A stretch of 64,000 nt of DNA, from contig CAMAPH010000009.1 in assembly GCA_945859975.1 (NCBI GenBank), positions 1 through 64,000 of the forward strand, read 5' to 3'. The position numbers and the translations under genes were made by a program. Each line of letters starts with the position of its first letter. The first letter of the stretch is position 1. A model generated the notes under the pieces. It did not search any database, had not been told where the DNA came from, and saw only the letters and a program-made list of their open reading frames with translations. Below, in pieces: positions 46,399 to 55,362 of the stretch. Source of the stretch: Chthonomonas calidirosea (GTDB lineage Bacteria; Armatimonadota; Fimbriimonadia; Fimbriimonadales; Fimbriimonadaceae).

Positions 46399-46878
46399 TT
46401 ACTTCTTTTTGATCTTGTCGGTAACAAACCCGTAGCTCAGATAGAGCAACTCAAAATCTTCTAATCCTGGGTACGGATCTGCGGCGGATTGGAGTTCCGC
46501 CTGGAACGTGGTGACCACCTTTGGCGAGTCGTAAAACGCCAGTCGAACGATGCTCTCGTCTGGATTCACGACCTGAAACAGGTATGCCGTTTCGCGAAAC
46601 AGGTTCTCTCGCTTGCCCTTGGATTGGATTTTTCCACCGGTTACCTTGCGGATTTTCTCCAGGCGCGCGTCGATGATTCGCTCGACGGCACTCGGGGTTG
46701 CGGACTTCGCGTCGGTGAAGATCGTGAATCTCTCCCCCGCCGCGTTGGTGAACCGCGCCATCAGCGGGGATTCGGCGGGCTTCACCTTGATTGATTGCAG
46801 GGTCCGCGGCTTCTCGATGCGATAAAGAAAGCCTTCGCCGGTCAGAAGAATTCGGTCTTGGAGAAGAAGCGCGATCAT
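46399..46878 (-). CDS. Hypothetical protein
   Basis: 159-aa ORF whose start abuts the rluB stop codon. Confidence 0.65.
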   Translation of the reverse strand: MIALLLQDRILLTGEGFLYRIEKPRTLQSIKVKPAESPLMARFTNAAGERFTIFTDAKSATPSAVERIIDARLEKIRKVTGGKIQSKGKRENLFRETAYLFQVVNPDESIVRLAFYDSPKVVTTFQAELQSAADPYPGLEDFELLYLSYGFVTDKIKKK

Positions 46879-47639
46879 TAGTCAACCGGAAGGCCAACGA
46901 GTTTCTTCAACTCGTCAACTTCCTTCTTACCCAGCAGACGAACTTCGCCTGGGTGCATTCCTTTGATTTTCAGCGGCCCGATTCGCACGCGGCGCAACGT
47001 AATGACCGGATGTCCAACCGCCTCGCACATCAAGCGCACCTGACGCTTGCGGCCTTCGTGAATGATAATCCGCAAGCTGGTGGTTCCGGCTTTGGCTTCG
47101 GCGTGAATGACCGTGACGTCGGCAGGAGCGGTCTTGCCGCCCTCGATGAAGACGCCCTTTCGCAACCGGTTGATCGCCTTATCGTCAGGAATCCCGGTCA
47201 CAACCGTCATGTATTCCTTTTCGACGCCATAGCGCGGGTGGGTCAAGCGGTGGGCGAGTTCGCCGTCGCTGGTGCAAAGGAGGAGTCCTTCCGACTCTTT
47301 GTCGAGCCGTCCAACCGGCTTTACGACTGCCGCCATTTCGGGAAGAAACTTCGTGATCGTCGCTCGCCCCTGCGGGTCGCGCATCGTCGTGATGATGCCT
47401 TTTGGCTTGTTCATCAGAACGGTCAGCAACCGCGTCGGAGGTCGAATCACTTCGCCGTCGACGGCAACCTCGTCGTCTAGACTCACCTTAACGCCGACCG
47501 TCTTGATCTGCTCGCCATTCACAGAGACGCGTCCCTGCAGGATCAGCTCTTCGGCTTTTCGCCGACTGCAAAGTCCAGAGTGAGCAATTCGAACGTGTAT
47601 CCGTTCGAGATCAGACGAATTTTCTTTTTCTGCGGCCAT
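46878..47639 (-). CDS. rluB: rRNA pseudouridine synthase (RsuA/RluB family)
   Basis: S4 domain (CSRRKAEELI.GRVSVNG); VGRLDKESEGLL; EGRKRQVR. Confidence 0.9.
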   Translation of the reverse strand: MAAEKENSSDLERIHVRIAHSGLCSRRKAEELILQGRVSVNGEQIKTVGVKVSLDDEVAVDGEVIRPPTRLLTVLMNKPKGIITTMRDPQGRATITKFLPEMAAVVKPVGRLDKESEGLLLCTSDGELAHRLTHPRYGVEKEYMTVVTGIPDDKAINRLRKGVFIEGGKTAPADVTVIHAEAKAGTTSLRIIIHEGRKRQVRLMCEAVGHPVITLRRVRIGPLKIKGMHPGEVRLLGKKEVDELKKLVGLPVD

Positions 47640-48795
47640 AGAGGAACCGGCGTCGATTTCGATTTTGGAGAAACCAAGCTCCCCCCGCAACACCGACGCC
47701 CAACCAGAGGGTACCGCCTAATAGAGAGTTGCCCCGGACCGGGGCCAAATCCACCGCCTCCGAAGCGAACACGGCGAACCGTTGTTCGAAGCCGTCGCTG
47801 TCCGTCCAAGTCGCCTCTCCGATCTTCTGCTTCTTGAGAATCGGACCCTTTAGATCGGGCAAAGTATCGATTTTCAGCGTGCCCTCGGTCTTGCCTGGGC
47901 GAACGATGGAGACGATATTGATGCCCGACATTGCGGGAATCGGCTTTTCTAGTCCCGCCAGCTCAATCTCCCCAACTGGCGCGCCAGCCCGAAACACAAC
48001 CTGACGGTCGAAGTTCTTGTACACCCACTTCAGCATCGCGGCGTGGTCCACGATCCATTCCTCGCTGCCCAGGATTGCCGTTATCACTCTGAAGCTCTCG
48101 CGCGTTGCACTGCCAACGTAACAACTCTTTGCCGCCTTCGTGTAGCCCGTTTTAATGCCATCGGCGGAGGGATCTTTGCCCAAGTACTTGTTTCGATTGA
48201 CCATCCAAAGGTCTTTTGCGTTGATCGAGCGAGCGATGCGGGTTTTCTTGGTGCGAACGACTTCCCTAAAAAGAGGATATTTCATTGCCGCCCTCGCCAT
48301 CAGCGTCAAGTCGCTTGCCGACGTCACGTGACCTTCATCTGGCAATCCGTTCGGATTCGTAAAATTCGTGTTCGCGCAACCCAACTGCTCGGCTTTGCGA
48401 TTCATGAGGTCCGCGAAGTTCGGAACAGATCCGGCCACGTGGTAGGCCACTGCCACGCATCCGTCGTTCGCTGACCGCAACATTAGGGCATAGAGCATGT
48501 CCTTCACCCGGACCTTCTCGCCGGTTTTTAGATGCATGCTGCTCGGCTCGATGTATTCGACCCCCGGCGGAGCGGTGATGATCTCTCCCGGCGTGGAGTG
48601 CTCCAACAATAGCATCGCCGTCATGATCTTGGTGGTACTGGCCGGGAACATCGGGCTGTTCACGTTTCGACCCCACAGGACCTTTCCGGAAGCTTCGTCG
48701 ACAATGATCGCGCTTGGGGCGTCTACCACCGGGCCAGAGATCGCTGGGCCGGAAATTGCTTGCCCGATCATCAAAGCCGTCAAGATCGAAGCCAT
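47611..48795 (-). CDS. D-alanyl-D-alanine carboxypeptidase (peptidase S11)
   Basis: PASTTK (SxxK), SAND (SxN), KTG; C-terminal TM segment. Confidence 0.93.
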   Translation of the reverse strand: MASILTALMIGQAISGPAISGPVVDAPSAIIVDEASGKVLWGRNVNSPMFPASTTKIMTAMLLLEHSTPGEIITAPPGVEYIEPSSMHLKTGEKVRVKDMLYALMLRSANDGCVAVAYHVAGSVPNFADLMNRKAEQLGCANTNFTNPNGLPDEGHVTSASDLTLMARAAMKYPLFREVVRTKKTRIARSINAKDLWMVNRNKYLGKDPSADGIKTGYTKAAKSCYVGSATRESFRVITAILGSEEWIVDHAAMLKWVYKNFDRQVVFRAGAPVGEIELAGLEKPIPAMSGINIVSIVRPGKTEGTLKIDTLPDLKGPILKKQKIGEATWTDSDGFEQRFAVFASEAVDLAPVRGNSLLGGTLWLGVGVAGGAWFLQNRNRRRFLYGRRKRKFV

Positions 48796-48803
48796 AGCAA
48801 AAC

Positions 48804-49340
48804 TTACCGCGCCGCCGCGTCCGTCGGTTCCGGCAGGGCCGGCAACCCCTCGCTGACCGGAGGCAAATCGCCGAGGTCCTTCATCTTGAATTGGTGCAGA
48901 AACTCGTCCGTGGTCCCGTAAAGGATCGGGCGTCCGGGAGTTTGTCGCTTGCCCTTCTCTTCGATCAGTCGTCGTTCAAGCAACGCTCGGACGCCATAGT
49001 CGCAACTGACGCCGCGAATGACCTCCAGTTCGCCGGTGGTAATCGGCTGCCGATACGCAATCACCGCCAAAACCTCCATCAGGCTTCGGCTCAGCTTCGA
49101 AGCTTGCGGCTTGAGGAAGGCCGCAATGTCCGCCGCGTAAGCCTTCTTGGTACTCAGTTGCCAGCCTCCGGCGAGCTTCACGAGTTGGATCGGTCCACGG
49201 TCATGCAACTGAGCTTCCAGTATTTCCAGAGCCTGCTCCACTTGCCCCTCCGTGAGCTGCAACGCGAGCGCCATTGTCTGGGCCGGGGCCGGAGCGTCAG
49301 CAACAAAGAGCAATGCGAGAACGCGGTCGACCGGCGTCAA
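48804..49340 (-). CDS. scpB: SMC-Scp complex subunit ScpB
   Basis: LSRSLMEVLAVIAYRQPIT...IRGV...GRPILYGTT..FL. Confidence 0.95.
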   Translation of the reverse strand: MTPVDRVLALLFVADAPAPAQTMALALQLTEGQVEQALEILEAQLHDRGPIQLVKLAGGWQLSTKKAYAADIAAFLKPQASKLSRSLMEVLAVIAYRQPITTGELEVIRGVSCDYGVRALLERRLIEEKGKRQTPGRPILYGTTDEFLHQFKMKDLGDLPPVSEGLPALPEPTDAAAR

Positions 49341-50155
49341 TCGAACACCACCTTTGCCTTTGGTGCCTGGTTTCGAGCGAAAACGGGTTCTTCGTCCAGC
49401 AGCTTCACCTCTGCATCGCCCTGGCGCACAAGCTCAAGCAGGGCCAAGAACCAATAGACACAATCCGTTCGGGTGGCTGATTCTCCAAAAACGCAAGTAA
49501 GCGACTGCCATTCGCCGCTGAGTCGATCCAGAACAACCTGCATCTCCTCATTCAAGGATCGCCGAGGCTTGCTGAGCAGCGGCATTTCCTGCGGACGAGC
49601 TCGGTCTAGAACGCGCTGAAATGCCCGGGACAAGTCCGAAGCACTGACGTTTGCCAGTTGGTACGGCAATTCATAAGTGCCGGGTCCAGCATCGGGGCTT
49701 CGGAAGAACCACTCCGACCGCTCCTCTTGCCAGGCGGTCAAGACTTCCATCGCCATCGCAAAGTCTCCAATGGAACTCGGCTCTGGTTCGTACGAATCCT
49801 CGTACATGTCCGGCTCGGGTTCTTCTTGCGGAAGCAAGAGCCAGGCTTTGCGCTCTAGCAGGTACGCGAGGGCGGCTAGGGCCGCAGCGGCCTCGTCAAA
49901 GTCGGCATCCGGCAGATTCAAGAGGTAATGGAAATAGGCCTCGCAAACCGGCGCGAGCGGGATATCCAGCAGGTCAACCCGATGGTCGCGAACGCAAGAG
50001 AAGAGCATCGCCAGCGAGCCATCGAAAACGGGCGTTGAAATGTGAATCGGCGGTGGAGCAACCACGCCAAGCGCCGTAACCGAATGACTTGGCCGGTCAA
50101 GACTTTCCAAGGTTTCAGATCGGGGAGCCATCCTGCCCTTGTTTGGACGACTCAC
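49337..50155 (-). CDS. scpA: Segregation/condensation protein A (start uncertain)
   Basis: FDGSLAML...DIP...LLERKA.LLLP; C-terminal FLALLEL; directly upstream of scpB. Confidence 0.88.
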   Translation of the reverse strand: MSRPNKGRMAPRSETLESLDRPSHSVTALGVVAPPPIHISTPVFDGSLAMLFSCVRDHRVDLLDIPLAPVCEAYFHYLLNLPDADFDEAAAALAALAYLLERKAWLLLPQEEPEPDMYEDSYEPEPSSIGDFAMAMEVLTAWQEERSEWFFRSPDAGPGTYELPYQLANVSASDLSRAFQRVLDRARPQEMPLLSKPRRSLNEEMQVVLDRLSGEWQSLTCVFGESATRTDCVYWFLALLELVRQGDAEVKLLDEEPVFARNQAPKAKVVFD

Positions 50156-50220
50156 TGGGTTCGAAAGCCGCAGAAATCAAGCGGCCGAAGCGAGAGAAGG
50201 TTGGGTTGGCGAGGGAGAAG

Positions 50221-50297
50221 TGGAGGTGCCGGGCGGATTCGAACCGCCGAATAACGGTTTTGCAGACCGTCCCCTTGGGCCACTTGGGCACGGCACC
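50221..50297 (-). tRNA. tRNA-Cys(GCA)
   Basis: Minus strand GGTGCCG...ACGGT-CTGCAAA-ACCGT...GGTTCGAATCC...CGGCACC-T-CCA; TATAAT upstream. Confidence 0.97.
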
Positions 50298-50398
50298 AAC
50301 CAAACTGATTATAGCCCCGACGCTGACGGAGAGTTTGAATCCGAACTTAAACGTCCCGAATCTTTCGTTCCGCCTTCGATCCTTAGCTCATGGCGGGC

Positions 50399-52858
50399 TC
50401 AGTCATCAAATACGACGCGTACTTTGGTCGGACCATAAAGATCGGCTTCTTCGAAGTCAAACACCGCGTAGTTCTGCTCGTTGATCAGCTCCACTTCAAA
50501 GTCACGCTCGGTCCCGTTCACAAACACTCGCGCTGAATCGTCTTCGACCGGGATTCGCAAAGTCATGTCGTGCCCAGAGGTCGTGATCAAAAGCTCTTGA
50601 CCATCTTCCGCTCGCGTCCATTGGTACGAAACGTAGCCTTGACTCGCCGGATAGCAGATACAGACCTGAGCGTCCTCGGCTTCCGTCAGGTCCCATCGCG
50701 GCGACACCTCGGTGGTATGAAGCGCCGTTGAAGTGTCTACAACCCCGGCAAGCCCTTCGACCAGGGCGTACATCACGGCCGCCGCTCCCCAGCCGTTCGG
50801 GATGCCGTACGAAACCTCGCTCGGCGGGATGAAACCAGGCTGATGCGCCACGGTCGCCGCCAACACCGCCCAGATCGCTCCATCCTTCGCGGCATCGAGC
50901 CGCACCGATTTCACTCGCTTCTCTGGCGCTGGGTTATCGAAGTACCCCATCGAAACTCCGACGTTCAGACACTTGGGATTTGCCCCTGTCCAAACGAAAT
51001 CGGCTCGCCGAGTGCCCGTGCCCTTCGGCTTTTCGGGCATCCACCAATGCAGAACAGACTCTCCGACGACGACGTATTGGGTGCTTTCAGTGCCGTCCTC
51101 GTAGCACCAAGTAACCGTTCCGGCAAGGTTCGCGGTACCCGGTTTCGAGACGAGGTGCATCAAGTAAAGCGACGCTACGAGCTCATCGACATCAAACTCG
51201 GCCGAACGAGCATAAGCGCCCTGGCTAGACAGCAAAACCGCCGCGTTTCCGTCGTTTTCGGCAGGGTCGATGACCTCGAGCGGCACGCCAAAACCGTCGT
51301 GTGTGCCCGGCTGGAGCGCCCGAAGGTCGTTATCCTCCTCCGAAGTCCAAGGGATCGAGACGCTCGCGTCTGATCTCAAAGAAGCATTGACGATTCCCGT
51401 CAAATCTAACGGTGCGAACTCGGTCTCTGGACGCTCGATCGTTGCGCCAACGTAGCTGCAATGCAAGATGGGCTCGTCTGGTTCGCCGAGGGTCGCCACC
51501 CGCTGAAGGATGTCGATTCCGTAAGTCTCGTGCCCCGCGTTCATCGCCCCTCGTGCGAGCTCGCCCGCGACAATCGGGGTGACGCTACCGTTCATGTATT
51601 GCCATTTATCGCAATGGCTACCAAAGCCGTTTTCGAACGGCGGGAAGATCGTGTACCACTCGCCCGGACTTCCCTCTGGGGCCGCTTGATAGATTGCTTT
51701 GTAAGTTCCGATGATGCTTTGAATCTGGTCCGGATCGAGGTTCCGATTGATCGAATACGCATTCGATAATGAGACCTGCGAAGATTCGTTGACCCCAAGC
51801 TCTGGCCTCGGCTTTTCGTCCTCAGCAACAAAATGCCGGAAGAAGTGCTCCTGCCACGAGACTTCGCGCAATCGAATGCGAATCTGTTTTGCTCGCTTGG
51901 AATGTTCGTTCGCCGAACGCTCGTTCCCGAGCGCTTCGTACATTTCCGCAAGCTGGTCGTGCGCTACCGCGAGCCCGGTGTTGTCGCCAAACATCACGCC
52001 AAAGCGGGTCTTTTCTGGATCGATTCGCATCGCGTCGCAGGCAACGACGGAATCAAACGAGTTCTGAAAATCCCAGGTGTCAATCGTATAGCCGCGCTTA
52101 ACGAGCTTGTACTTGTTCGACCACCGAACGTTGCTGGTGCGAACGTAGCCGATCGCCTTTTCCGCGGACTCCAGGAAGCTCGCCATCCAGCCGTCGTCGC
52201 CCGTAGCCTTCCAAGTCGCGTAAATGCCTTCGACGTAGAGGTACTCAACGTCCGCCTCCACCGGGATTCGCTTCATCTCGAAGGCACGGTCTTTGAAAGG
52301 TCGGATGTAGTCGCCGTCCGAAAACCGCATGTCCCAAAAGTTCGGCCAACTCGTCCGCGGATAGCAGTTGTCGAAGATCATCCCATCTTCTCTCTGGGTA
52401 TCTCGAAAAAGCTCAAGAGCGCCCTTCAGAGATGTTTCGAAGTACTTCATGCCCTTCAGCACGTGCACGTGATCGCGCAGCCAGCAAACAAAAAATCGGT
52501 AGGTTTTTGGATTGCCAATTGAGCCAGCGAGATCCACGATTGATCGCTCCATCGGTTCGCTCGTCATGGTGAAAAGCAATCGCTGGAACAGCCGCTCGAA
52601 CTCTTGGGTCGATTCGTAGATCTTTGTTTTGGGTTCCAGCCGGAACCGAATATCGACCTCGCCGTCCTCGTCGGAGATGCGATGTTCACCCGCAACACCG
52701 CCCGTGATGATCGATTCTCCTGGCAAAACGGAGCCATAGGGGTTATCGAACGCCTCAAAAACCGTGAGCGCGCCGCCATCCCGGAGGTCATGAACGATGG
52801 TGTCCAGCGGCTCCAAAATGCAGTATCGATCGACGAGCTCAGTGAGTTTGTATTGCAT
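50399..52858 (-). CDS. Six-hairpin (alpha/alpha)6 glycoside hydrolase-like protein
   Basis: WLRDHVH, EADVEY, TIDTWD, YMNG, WGAAAV..ALVEGLAG; acidic, no signal peptide; family not resolved. Confidence 0.7.
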   Translation of the reverse strand: MQYKLTELVDRYCILEPLDTIVHDLRDGGALTVFEAFDNPYGSVLPGESIITGGVAGEHRISDEDGEVDIRFRLEPKTKIYESTQEFERLFQRLLFTMTSEPMERSIVDLAGSIGNPKTYRFFVCWLRDHVHVLKGMKYFETSLKGALELFRDTQREDGMIFDNCYPRTSWPNFWDMRFSDGDYIRPFKDRAFEMKRIPVEADVEYLYVEGIYATWKATGDDGWMASFLESAEKAIGYVRTSNVRWSNKYKLVKRGYTIDTWDFQNSFDSVVACDAMRIDPEKTRFGVMFGDNTGLAVAHDQLAEMYEALGNERSANEHSKRAKQIRIRLREVSWQEHFFRHFVAEDEKPRPELGVNESSQVSLSNAYSINRNLDPDQIQSIIGTYKAIYQAAPEGSPGEWYTIFPPFENGFGSHCDKWQYMNGSVTPIVAGELARGAMNAGHETYGIDILQRVATLGEPDEPILHCSYVGATIERPETEFAPLDLTGIVNASLRSDASVSIPWTSEEDNDLRALQPGTHDGFGVPLEVIDPAENDGNAAVLLSSQGAYARSAEFDVDELVASLYLMHLVSKPGTANLAGTVTWCYEDGTESTQYVVVGESVLHWWMPEKPKGTGTRRADFVWTGANPKCLNVGVSMGYFDNPAPEKRVKSVRLDAAKDGAIWAVLAATVAHQPGFIPPSEVSYGIPNGWGAAAVMYALVEGLAGVVDTSTALHTTEVSPRWDLTEAEDAQVCICYPASQGYVSYQWTRAEDGQELLITTSGHDMTLRIPVEDDSARVFVNGTERDFEVELINEQNYAVFDFEEADLYGPTKVRVVFDD

Positions 52859-52998
52859 TTTTCAACCCGCCAGACTTCAAAAATCTGGGCGTTTCTCTCG
52901 GCTCAGCATACTACTCGGTCTCCCATAGCGCGGCGATCGTCAGGCGGAGAAAAGCTCCAAGGCACCAAGTTCGCTCGTTTAGCTATGCTTGCGACGCA

Positions 52999-55362
52999 AT
53001 GGCAAATATCGCGACGGCGCGACGGTTACTTTTGACCTCTGACCCATTCGGACTTCGGCGTGAAGCAGGCTGGAACCGAGAAGGTGTTTGGCCCGCCAAC
53101 TGGATTTCGCATCCGAAGATCAAGCAAGGGCCAATCGTGATCGAGTACTCCCTGAAAGTTGATTTCACCGATAAAGCGATCCTAAACTTGCACGTCACCG
53201 GAGACGATCGCTACGAGCTGTACCTTGATGGCGAACTCGTGGGCCGGGGCCCAGAGCGCGGAGACGAGGACCACTGGGCTTTCGAAACCTATCAGGCAAA
53301 CTTTGAAGCCGGAACGCACACGATCTCGGCTTTGGTTTGGTCGGCGGGAGAAACAAAAGCCTATGCACAGCACTCCATTTGCCACGGCTTTCTCCTTGCA
53401 ACCGAAGACCCTTCTTTCAACGAGCGCATCAATACCGGTAAGGCCGACTGGCAAGCGGTAATCCGTCCCGAGTTCGAGTTTAAGCCTCCCCAAGCGGCTT
53501 GGGGAACGGGAGACCGAATCCGATTCCGAGCCTCAATGCGCGATCGTGCCGAATGGCAAAAAGCTGAGTCCATCCATCCCGGCTTAATGAACGTCGCCGA
53601 GAGTGAGTTTGACCGGATCCACTTGCTTCGCCCGGCAACCCTGCCGGCCATGTACGAGGACAAGTGGTCGAAGACAACCGTCAGACATGCACGAGAGGTT
53701 CCCGCCGGTCCAACTCACCCTGTTCCGGTGCGCCAGGCAGAGTCATCTGCCGCATGGACGGAGAAGTTCTCCCAGCTGTTGGCTGGCACTTCCATGCAGG
53801 TCCCGCCGAACACCCGGGTCCGCGCGATCCTTGACCTGAACGATTACGTCTGTGCGCGACATTGGATCGGCTGGAACGGCAAAGGATCCGTTCGATTGAA
53901 CTGGCAAGAAGCCTTGTTCGTGAAGGACGAAGCCATGAGCAAAGGCAATCGCGACGACATCGAAGGCAAGCACTTCTCGACCATTTGGTCCTGGGAAGAT
54001 GGCATTGGCGATGAAGTGATCGCCGAGTTCGTCGGCCAGTTCCGTAGTCTCTGGTGGCACGCAGGTCGGTACGTTGAAGTCGTTATTGAGACCGAAGCTG
54101 AGCCGCTGACCCTGACCGGGCTCGGATTCATCGAAACGCATTATCCGTACGAGTTCAGCTCCACGTTCAAATCCAGCGATCCAGACCTGGCAGACATCCA
54201 CCGAATCGGCATCCGTACGTTGGAAATGTGCTCGCACGAGACGTACATGGACTGCCCGTACTACGAGCAGTTGCAATACGCGGGCGACACGAGGCTGCAA
54301 GTTCTCGCGACTTACACTCTTGGACAAGACCGTCGTTTGCCGCAGCAAGCCCTGCGTGCGTTCGACGAATCCCGGCGAAATCGCGGCATCACCCACTCGC
54401 GGTACCCGAGTCGTGTGCGACAAGTGATCCCACCCTTCTCGCTTTGGTGGATTTGCATGCTCCACGACGCGATGCTGTACGGCGACAATTTTGCAGATGT
54501 AAAGAAGCACCTGCCCGGAGCAAGAATCGTCTTGGACTACTTTGCTCAGTTCGTGAACGACGATGGTTTACTCACGCCGCCACCCGGTTGGAACTACATC
54601 GATTGGGTGCCAGGCTGGCGAAACGGAATGCCGCCGACAAGCGCAGAGAATCCAACCGCACCGCTCAACCTTCAGTACCTGTTAGCCCTGAAGGCAATGT
54701 CTGAGCTTGAAGCGCAAGCTGGAGAACCGTTGCTCGAGACCCGCCTTGGCGTTAAAACCGAGCGCTTGAGCACTGCCATTCGCAAGTCGTTCTGGGATAG
54801 CAAGCTCGGCATTCTTTCCGATGACCTCGGTCACCAGCACCGGAGCGAGCACTCGCAGGCGCTCGGACTCATCGCGGGAGTGCTAACTCAAGATGAGGCA
54901 AGCAACGCGCTGAAACAACCAGGCCTAGAGAAGACCACCATCTACTTCACCCATTACTTGTTTGAGGCGTTCTATGCCCTTGGCGATGGTGACGCCATCC
55001 TGAACCGACTCGATCTCTGGCGCGGTCTAGTCAAAAATGGGCTCAAAACGACCATTGAAATGCCGGAGCCGACGCGCTCCGACTGCCATGCCTGGGGAGC
55101 GCACCCGATCTATCACACCTACGCGAGTTTGCTCGGGATTCGTCCGACAGACGCCAACTTTAGCCGCGTGCAAATCAATCCCGCGTTGTCCTCGCTAAAG
55201 GAACTCTCCGGCACTCTCGTCACCCCTCGCGGAAACATCATCGCCTCCATCAACGGAAAGGTATTGGACGTGTCGTTGCCAGATGGCTTGCCGGCAACGA
55301 TCATTTTCGGCAAGCGAACGATTAACGTAACGGGTGGCAACCACCGACTAGAGCGTGACTAA
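52999..55362 (+). CDS. Alpha-L-rhamnosidase-like glycoside hydrolase (GH78-related)
   Basis: DCPYYEQLQYAGD, RSDCHAWGAHP, TPRG. Confidence 0.88.
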   Translation: MANIATARRLLLTSDPFGLRREAGWNREGVWPANWISHPKIKQGPIVIEYSLKVDFTDKAILNLHVTGDDRYELYLDGELVGRGPERGDEDHWAFETYQANFEAGTHTISALVWSAGETKAYAQHSICHGFLLATEDPSFNERINTGKADWQAVIRPEFEFKPPQAAWGTGDRIRFRASMRDRAEWQKAESIHPGLMNVAESEFDRIHLLRPATLPAMYEDKWSKTTVRHAREVPAGPTHPVPVRQAESSAAWTEKFSQLLAGTSMQVPPNTRVRAILDLNDYVCARHWIGWNGKGSVRLNWQEALFVKDEAMSKGNRDDIEGKHFSTIWSWEDGIGDEVIAEFVGQFRSLWWHAGRYVEVVIETEAEPLTLTGLGFIETHYPYEFSSTFKSSDPDLADIHRIGIRTLEMCSHETYMDCPYYEQLQYAGDTRLQVLATYTLGQDRRLPQQALRAFDESRRNRGITHSRYPSRVRQVIPPFSLWWICMLHDAMLYGDNFADVKKHLPGARIVLDYFAQFVNDDGLLTPPPGWNYIDWVPGWRNGMPPTSAENPTAPLNLQYLLALKAMSELEAQAGEPLLETRLGVKTERLSTAIRKSFWDSKLGILSDDLGHQHRSEHSQALGLIAGVLTQDEASNALKQPGLEKTTIYFTHYLFEAFYALGDGDAILNRLDLWRGLVKNGLKTTIEMPEPTRSDCHAWGAHPIYHTYASLLGIRPTDANFSRVQINPALSSLKELSGTLVTPRGNIIASINGKVLDVSLPDGLPATIIFGKRTINVTGGNHRLERD